Origin: Acidobacteriota bacterium
Lineage (GTDB): Bacteria; Acidobacteriota; UBA890; WLXD01
Direction of reading: 5' to 3'
DNA: 64,000 nt
Assembly (NCBI GenBank): GCA_965248695.1
Contig: CBDFKD010000002.1
Coordinates: 2,272,001-2,336,000 of the forward strand
The position numbers were made by a program, and so were the translations under genes. Below the pieces are notes generated by a model. The model did no database searches and had not been told where the DNA came from. It saw nothing but the letters and a program-made list of their open reading frames with translations. Positions 58,497-64,000 of this stretch are shown here, in pieces. The stretch's first letter is position 1. Every line of letters begins with the position of its first letter.

Positions 58497-60110
58497 TCAG
58501 TCCGCATCGACGTGGGCGGCGGTCCAGGTAGTCCAGTTGCCATCGACCACCTCGACCTTGCCGTCGGCACCGAACACGATCAATCGATTGGCCACCTTGT
58601 CGATGAAGAACCGGTCGTGGCTCACCACCACGATCGCGCCCGGGAAGTGCGCCAGGGCGCGCTCCATCACCTGGGTGCTCTTGAGGTCGAGGTGGTTCGT
58701 AGGCTCGTCCAGGAGAACCACGGGGGCGCCGGACAAGAGTGACAGCGCCAGGGCGACCCGGGCCTTCTGCCCTCCCGAAAGCGTGCCGATCCTCGCGTAC
58801 AGGTCGGCCTCGGAAAACCCCAGCATCCGGAGAAACCGATTCACCTGCTTGCGCGGAGCCCTGTTTGCCAGCCCCTCGAAATTCACCTTGCGGGTGACGG
58901 TGACCTGCGGATCGAGCTCATCGAGAATCTTGTTGTAGTCCACGTAAGCGTTGCCGCCCTTCCAGTTGATGCGGCCTTTGGTCGGCACGATCTCCTCGCG
59001 CAGCACCTTCATGAGGGTCGTCTTGCCGCAGCCGTTCGGACCTATGACGGCGATGCGGTCGCCCCGGTGAATCTCGAACCCGAGACCGCGGAACAGTGCG
59101 TGATCTCCGTAGCTCATCGCAACTTGCTCCGCCGCACACAGATCATCGGCGGATCGGATGCCGTGGTAGATCGCCGTCATGACCCGGTCGACTTCGCGCG
59201 GAGTGGTCCCTTTCTTGACGGCCGCCAGGCGCCGCCTGAGAGCCGCGCTCGGGTTCTTCGCCACTTCCCGACGATCTCGAATCGCCTCGGCTTCGAACGC
59301 GAGTAGCTCCTCCTCGAATCGAGACTGTCGCTCCAGTTGCCGCGTGCGGACGCGCTTCTTGCGTATGTAGTCGACGAACCCGCCATCGTATTCCTGAAAT
59401 CGATAGTTCTCGATCTCCACGACGCGGTTCACCACCCTCTCCAGGAAGTCGCGATCGTGCGATACCAGGATCACCGCGCCCTGGAAATGACCCAGCCATC
59501 CCTCCAGCCAGGACAACCCCGCGAGGTCCAGGAAGTTCGTCGGCTCGTCGAGTAGGAGCACCCCCGGCGCTTCCAGCAGGATCTTCGCCAGGGCGGCGCG
59601 GTTACGCCAGCCGCCCGATAGCTGCTCGATTGGCAGGCTGCGATACAGATCGCTGAAACCCAGCCGGCTCAGTACCGTGTCGATGCGATGCTGATAGGTC
59701 CAGCCATCGCGGATCTCCATCTCGGCTGTCAGCGACTCGTATCGCTCCAGCAGCTGAACGAGCTCACGCCCCTCCGGCTTCTCCGCCAGCACCTCTTCCG
59801 TCTGGCGGAGCTTGCCTTCCGTCGTCTTGATGGGGGCGAATACCTCCTCCAGAACGTCCTCGATCGACGCCTTGCCGCTGAGCTCGGAGAACTGCGAGAA
59901 GTACCCGATCCGCAGCCCGTCATCGACCTCGATCCGGCCCTCGGAGGGCTCCTCCCGACCGAGAATCATCTCCAGGACGGTCGTCTTGCCGGAGCCGTTG
60001 TTGCCGATCAGACCGACGCGGTCGCCTTCCTCCAGCCGGAAGAACACCTGCCGCAAGACCTGCTTGCGCTCGAACCGCTTGGAGACCTCACGCAGGCGAA
60101 TGAGGCTCAT
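58497..60110 (-). CDS. ABC-F family ATPase
   Basis: Two ABC domains (GNNGSGKT, GPNGCGKT), DEPTN, VSHDR; no transmembrane segments. Confidence 0.92.
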   Translation of the reverse strand: MSLIRLREVSKRFERKQVLRQVFFRLEEGDRVGLIGNNGSGKTTVLEMILGREEPSEGRIEVDDGLRIGYFSQFSELSGKASIEDVLEEVFAPIKTTEGKLRQTEEVLAEKPEGRELVQLLERYESLTAEMEIRDGWTYQHRIDTVLSRLGFSDLYRSLPIEQLSGGWRNRAALAKILLEAPGVLLLDEPTNFLDLAGLSWLEGWLGHFQGAVILVSHDRDFLERVVNRVVEIENYRFQEYDGGFVDYIRKKRVRTRQLERQSRFEEELLAFEAEAIRDRREVAKNPSAALRRRLAAVKKGTTPREVDRVMTAIYHGIRSADDLCAAEQVAMSYGDHALFRGLGFEIHRGDRIAVIGPNGCGKTTLMKVLREEIVPTKGRINWKGGNAYVDYNKILDELDPQVTVTRKVNFEGLANRAPRKQVNRFLRMLGFSEADLYARIGTLSGGQKARVALALSLLSGAPVVLLDEPTNHLDLKSTQVMERALAHFPGAIVVVSHDRFFIDKVANRLIVFGADGKVEVVDGNWTTWTAAHVDAD

Positions 60111-60335
60111 CTCAGCGCGCCGACGATTGCGCGTCGCGCAACAACGCGGCGCTTGTGCCGGCGGTGGTGGCCGAGCGCAGGAACTCTCTTCGATCCATCA
60201 AGGCCGATCTCGTTTTCAGTTCGGGAAAGACAGGTGAGCGCCCGCAGCCTATATGAGAGAGTCACAGCGCAACCGAGAATAACCGGCCGGGGAATCCGCC
60301 ACGGTAGGGACCCAACGTGTTTACCGGATAGGACT

Positions 60336-61301
60336 ATGCGCCAGCGCTCCTCCAGGTGTGGAAGGACCATCCGCCGGGCCGGCATCGCTGTCGCCATTGC
60401 AGCGATCTCGCCGCCGTTCGCGGCGACGCCCTCAGCGGCAGGCCAGGCCATCGTCCCCGAACCGACACCGCGTGTGGCGATCGTGTCCGCGGTGCCGCTG
60501 GAGCTCGACCAGTTGCTAGCGGCGGCGGACGTCGAGTCGACCGAGGCCATCCTCGGCCGCGCCCATCACGTCGGCGTGTTGCGAGGCGTCGATGTGGTGC
60601 TCCTGCTTAGCGGCCGCGGCATGACCAACGCGGCAATGATCGCGCAGGCACTGATCGATCGCTTCTCGATCAGCGCGATCATTTTCTCGGGTGTCGCCGG
60701 TGGTGTGAATCCGGGGCTGTCGATCGGCGATGTCGCCGTGCCGGCCTTCTGGGGTCAGTACCAGGAGCATCTGTTTGCGCGCCCGACGCCCGCTGGCTGG
60801 GATGTCGGTGGCCGCCCGGTGGAGTTCGGCAACTACGGCATGATGTTCCCGCGCTCCCAGCGGGTCACGCGCCACGGCGGAGAACCGGAGGTCGAGGAGA
60901 CACGCTTCTGGTTTCCGGTTGATCCGGCGATGCTCCAGATGGCGACCCGGATCGCGGCAGATGTGCAGCTGGACCGCTGCGGCAGCAACGGCGCCTGCCT
61001 GCAGACCGCGCCCCGCGTTGTGGTGGGTGGCAACGGTGTCAGCGGCGCGGCGTTCGTCGAGAATGCCGAGTATCGACAATGGGTCTGGGAGACATTCCAG
61101 GCCGACGCCCTCGATATGGAGAGCGCCGCGGTGGCCCATGTGGCGTATGTGAACCGGGTCCCGTTTCTGGCCTTCCGCTCGGTGTCCGACCTCGCCGGCG
61201 GCAACGATGTCAGCAACCTGGAGGTGTTCCAGCAGCTCGCGGCGGGCAACGCGGCAAGGACGCTGCTGGCATTTCTCGACCTTTGGAGAATCTCGTCGTG
61301 A
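60336..61301 (+). CDS. MTA/SAH nucleosidase family protein, secreted
   Basis: SGRGMTNAA, FSGVAGG, LDMESAAVAHVA, FRSVSDLAGG. Confidence 0.88.
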   Translation: MRQRSSRCGRTIRRAGIAVAIAAISPPFAATPSAAGQAIVPEPTPRVAIVSAVPLELDQLLAAADVESTEAILGRAHHVGVLRGVDVVLLLSGRGMTNAAMIAQALIDRFSISAIIFSGVAGGVNPGLSIGDVAVPAFWGQYQEHLFARPTPAGWDVGGRPVEFGNYGMMFPRSQRVTRHGGEPEVEETRFWFPVDPAMLQMATRIAADVQLDRCGSNGACLQTAPRVVVGGNGVSGAAFVENAEYRQWVWETFQADALDMESAAVAHVAYVNRVPFLAFRSVSDLAGGNDVSNLEVFQQLAAGNAARTLLAFLDLWRISS

Positions 61302-61328
61302 GATCGACCACCAGACCGGAGTAGCCTC

Positions 61329-62358
61329 ATGAACCGCAGGAGCTTCCTCAGCCTCGCCGGAGGGGCGACCGCCGGCACGCTGGCCGTGCCGGCATCGGTA
61401 CCCGCCGTCTCCCGCGTCCAGGACCCGGTTCGCTACCCCGACTCACGGGTGGAGACCGTCGACCCCCGATTCGCTCGCTACCGCGCCGGAAGCGCCGCTA
61501 TCGAGCGCCTCTACACCGGTTTGCCGCTGGGCCGAAGGGCCGGTCTGGTTCGGCGACGGGCGCTTCCTGTTGTGGAGCGACATTCCCAACGACCGCATCC
61601 TCAGATGGTCGGAGGACACTGGCAAGGTCAGCGTCTTTCGGCATCCCGCCAACAACTCCAACGGCAACACGCGCGATCTGCAGGGGCGGCTGATCACCTG
61701 CGAGCTGCGCCGGGTGACGCGCACCGAGTACGACGGCACGATCACCGTCTTGTGCGATAGCCACGCCGGCAGGGCGCTCAACGGACCCAACGACGCCGTG
61801 CTCCATCTCGATGGTCACATCTGGTTCACCGATCCTGGCTATGGGACCTCGGGCTTCTATGAAGGGATGCCGGCGGAGCACGAACTACCGGCCGCGATCT
61901 ATCGCCTGGACCCGGCCACAGGCGCGACCGAGGTCATGAGCACAGAGCTAGGGCGCCCGAACGGGTTGGCGTTCTCGCCGGACTTCCAGCGTCTCTACGT
62001 GGCCGATACCGGCGCAAGCCACATTCCCGACCACCCCAGCCACATTAAGGTCTTCGACGTTCAGGGGGCGACGAGCCTCGGCGCCAGCACGGCGTTTCAC
62101 GACATGGGAGCCGGTTTCGCCGACGGCCTGCGAGTGGACGTTGACGGCAACGTGTGGACTGGCACCGGCTGGGTCGGCGAAGGCTACGACGGGGTGCACG
62201 TCATCGCGCCCGACGGCGACCTCATCGGGCGCATCCACCTGCCCGAGATCTGCGCCAACCTCTGCTTCGGCGGACGCAAGCGTAACCGCCTCTTCATGAC
62301 AGGCAGCCAATCGCTGTACTCGCTCTACGTCGAGACCCAGGGCCATCAGGCCTGGTAG
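61329..62358 (+). pseudogene. SMP-30/gluconolactonase with one frameshift near 61520 (possibly a sequencing error)
   Basis: Tat signal NRRSFL; after the shift WAEGPVW, WSDIP, NGPND, PNGLAFSPD. Confidence 0.85.
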
Positions 62359-62383
62359 CCACGAGTGAACCGGACGAAGGCAC

Positions 62384-62974
62384 TTATCGGTGGCGCCCGG
62401 CGTCCACGGCCGTCAGATCTGGCTCAGAGGCTCGCCCGGCGGAGATCTCCTCCTCGGTGAATCTCGGGGTGATGTGCTGTGGGCAGTTCACGTCCCACGC
62501 CTCGACGTGGAACACCAAAGCGCGCTCGATACGTGCTCCGTAGGCGGGATCTACAAGCTGCTCCAGAAGCGCCTCCGCATCCTCGATGAACTCGGCCCGC
62601 CCCCAGATCTTGATGCGCCGCTGGTTCGGGTAGTCCATCAAGAACATGAACGCACGGTCGTTCTCGTCCAGGTTACCGACCGATATGTACTGACGATTGC
62701 CGGAGAAGTCGGCCAGTGCCAGCGTCTTGTCGTCGAGGACCTTGATGAAGCCCCTGGGACCACCGCGATGCTGTATGTACGGCTGGCCGTCGGCACTGGC
62801 CGTTGCGAGGTATAGGGAATCGCGCTCGCTAATGAACGAAGCGAGCTCGGGTGTGATCTCGTCGCTCCATCCACCCTTGTTCTCCATGCGCCCATAGCCG
62901 GCCCGCGATCCGCGTTGCGACTGGGCGTTCTTGACCGACGGCGTAAAAGCGATGTCGCTGACAGGGCGTGTCAT
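62384..62974 (-). CDS. Pyridoxamine 5'-phosphate oxidase-related FMN-binding protein
   Basis: PYIQHRGGPRGF, GNRQYISVGNL, WDVNCPQHI. Confidence 0.9.
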   Translation of the reverse strand: MTRPVSDIAFTPSVKNAQSQRGSRAGYGRMENKGGWSDEITPELASFISERDSLYLATASADGQPYIQHRGGPRGFIKVLDDKTLALADFSGNRQYISVGNLDENDRAFMFLMDYPNQRRIKIWGRAEFIEDAEALLEQLVDPAYGARIERALVFHVEAWDVNCPQHITPRFTEEEISAGRASEPDLTAVDAGRHR

Positions 62975-62995
62975 ATCTTGTTCCCCTTCTGAATT

Positions 62996-63011
62996 GACCG
63001 AACATTCGGTC
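62996..63011. promoter_or_regulatory. Putative TetR operator
   Basis: GACCGAA-CA-TTCGGTC inverted repeat. Confidence 0.7.
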
Positions 63012-63044
63012 TAGTACAGATACGAAAAAAACAACCATCGAGTC

Positions 63045-63611
63045 TCATGGCGAAGTCTCCGCCAAGAGCGCGTCTGGGAGCTCCGCCATCATTCGACGGA
63101 AGAGGGCGGTGTCGTTCATCCCCCGAGCCACCACGAGCGCTCCCTGTATCTTCATGACCGCGTCCTCGGCGCGACGGCGCGCTTCCCGGCGAGGCAGATT
63201 GGCATCCTCGATCGTGGCGCTCAGCGCATCTACCCAAGCCTTGAAGGCGCCCGCGAGCTCGTCGGCAAACAGACCAGCGCCGCCGCTCAACACCATTGCC
63301 CCGAGCAGGCAGTTCTTGGCACCGCCGGCATAGAACCGCTCCACCGCCTGCATCGATGCGGTGATGCGATCGCGCGGGTCACCCGGCTCCACCAGCAACC
63401 GCAGGATCTCGCCCACCTCGTCACCCACCATCCCGAACACCTCTCGGACCATCTCGTTCTTGCCGTCAGGGAAATGGTGATACAGGCTCGCCCGCCCGAG
63501 CCCGGTAGCCTCCGCGAGTCGGCTCAGGCTGGTCGCTGCGTAGCCGTTGCGACGGAATTCTTCGGCGATCCGTTCGATCGCCTCTGTTCGAGTCAGTTTG
63601 GTTCTTGGCAT
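63045..63611 (-). CDS. TetR/AcrR family regulator
   Basis: FRRNGYAATSL..ATGLGRASLYHHFPDGK. Confidence 0.92.
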   Translation of the reverse strand: MPRTKLTRTEAIERIAEEFRRNGYAATSLSRLAEATGLGRASLYHHFPDGKNEMVREVFGMVGDEVGEILRLLVEPGDPRDRITASMQAVERFYAGGAKNCLLGAMVLSGGAGLFADELAGAFKAWVDALSATIEDANLPRREARRRAEDAVMKIQGALVVARGMNDTALFRRMMAELPDALLAETSP

Positions 63612-63629
63612 TGGGTACTCGCGAGGACT

Positions 63630-63647
63630 GTATCGAACGTTCGGTAC
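63630..63647. promoter_or_regulatory. Second putative TetR operator (autoregulatory)
   Basis: GTATCGAA-CG-TTCGGTAC, matching the 62996 site. Confidence 0.65.
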
Positions 63648-64000
63648 AAACTCAACAAGCAAGATTGATCGCACGACTAACCTCCTGCCTGGAGATTCCG
63701 TACATCGCATCCGGCAAGCGCGCGCCTCTTGTCTCGTCGCGACACGTCTGAAAGGATTGCCCGCGCGAGCTGGACAGCCGCCACCGACCGTTTCCAGCGA
63801 TTACACGGTCTCGTGAGACGCGGTGTTCTCTGACCTAATTCCCGGGAGGCGTTCTGATGAGATTTCTTCGCACCGCCGGCGCGTCGTTGCTGGTGGCCCT
63901 TTGCGCCGGCTCGAGCGGCGCAGCAGTGGCCGGCCAACAGACCAGCGGCGACGATGTGGATGCCGTGCTCGCTTCCATGGCAATCACCACCGATGCGCTG

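Noticed and set aside
61510-61530. Programmed frameshift in the gluconolactonase
   Set aside because: No slippery motif; a single-base indel (mutation or read error) is sufficient

Overview
High-GC bacterial chromosome. Acidobacteriota is the likely host, inferred from two ADOP-type permease fragments and the sulfatase, M1 peptidase and spondin content. Bases 1-11.8 kb are core and catabolic genes, ending in ffs(SRP)-dnaX-ybaB-recR-tRNA-Asn on the minus strand. From about 11.8 to 47.9 kb is a composite accessory island with three parts. (i) A serine-recombinase/DUF2924/ParB-methylase/DUF5681 element with helically phased end repeats and a decayed terminase pair that closely mirrors the prophage terminase junction. 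(ii) A roughly 14 kb patchwork of IS elements and truncated host-gene fragments: an intact IS1595 with a HEPN-like passenger, nested inverted IS3 copies, IS481 and IS256. (iii) A defective siphovirus-like prophage (TerS/TerL, DUF4055 portal, split MuF, vapBC, scaffold, P22-type coat, neck, two tail-tube paralogs, tail chaperone) with no tape measure gene. The most striking unexplained signal is three tandem ~85-nt copies of a four-way-junction RNA-like element with compensatory base changes, filling the scaffold-to-capsid leader. Bases 47.9-64 kb are host enzymes and transporters with several more truncations. All calls come from reading motifs by eye; no database search was run.
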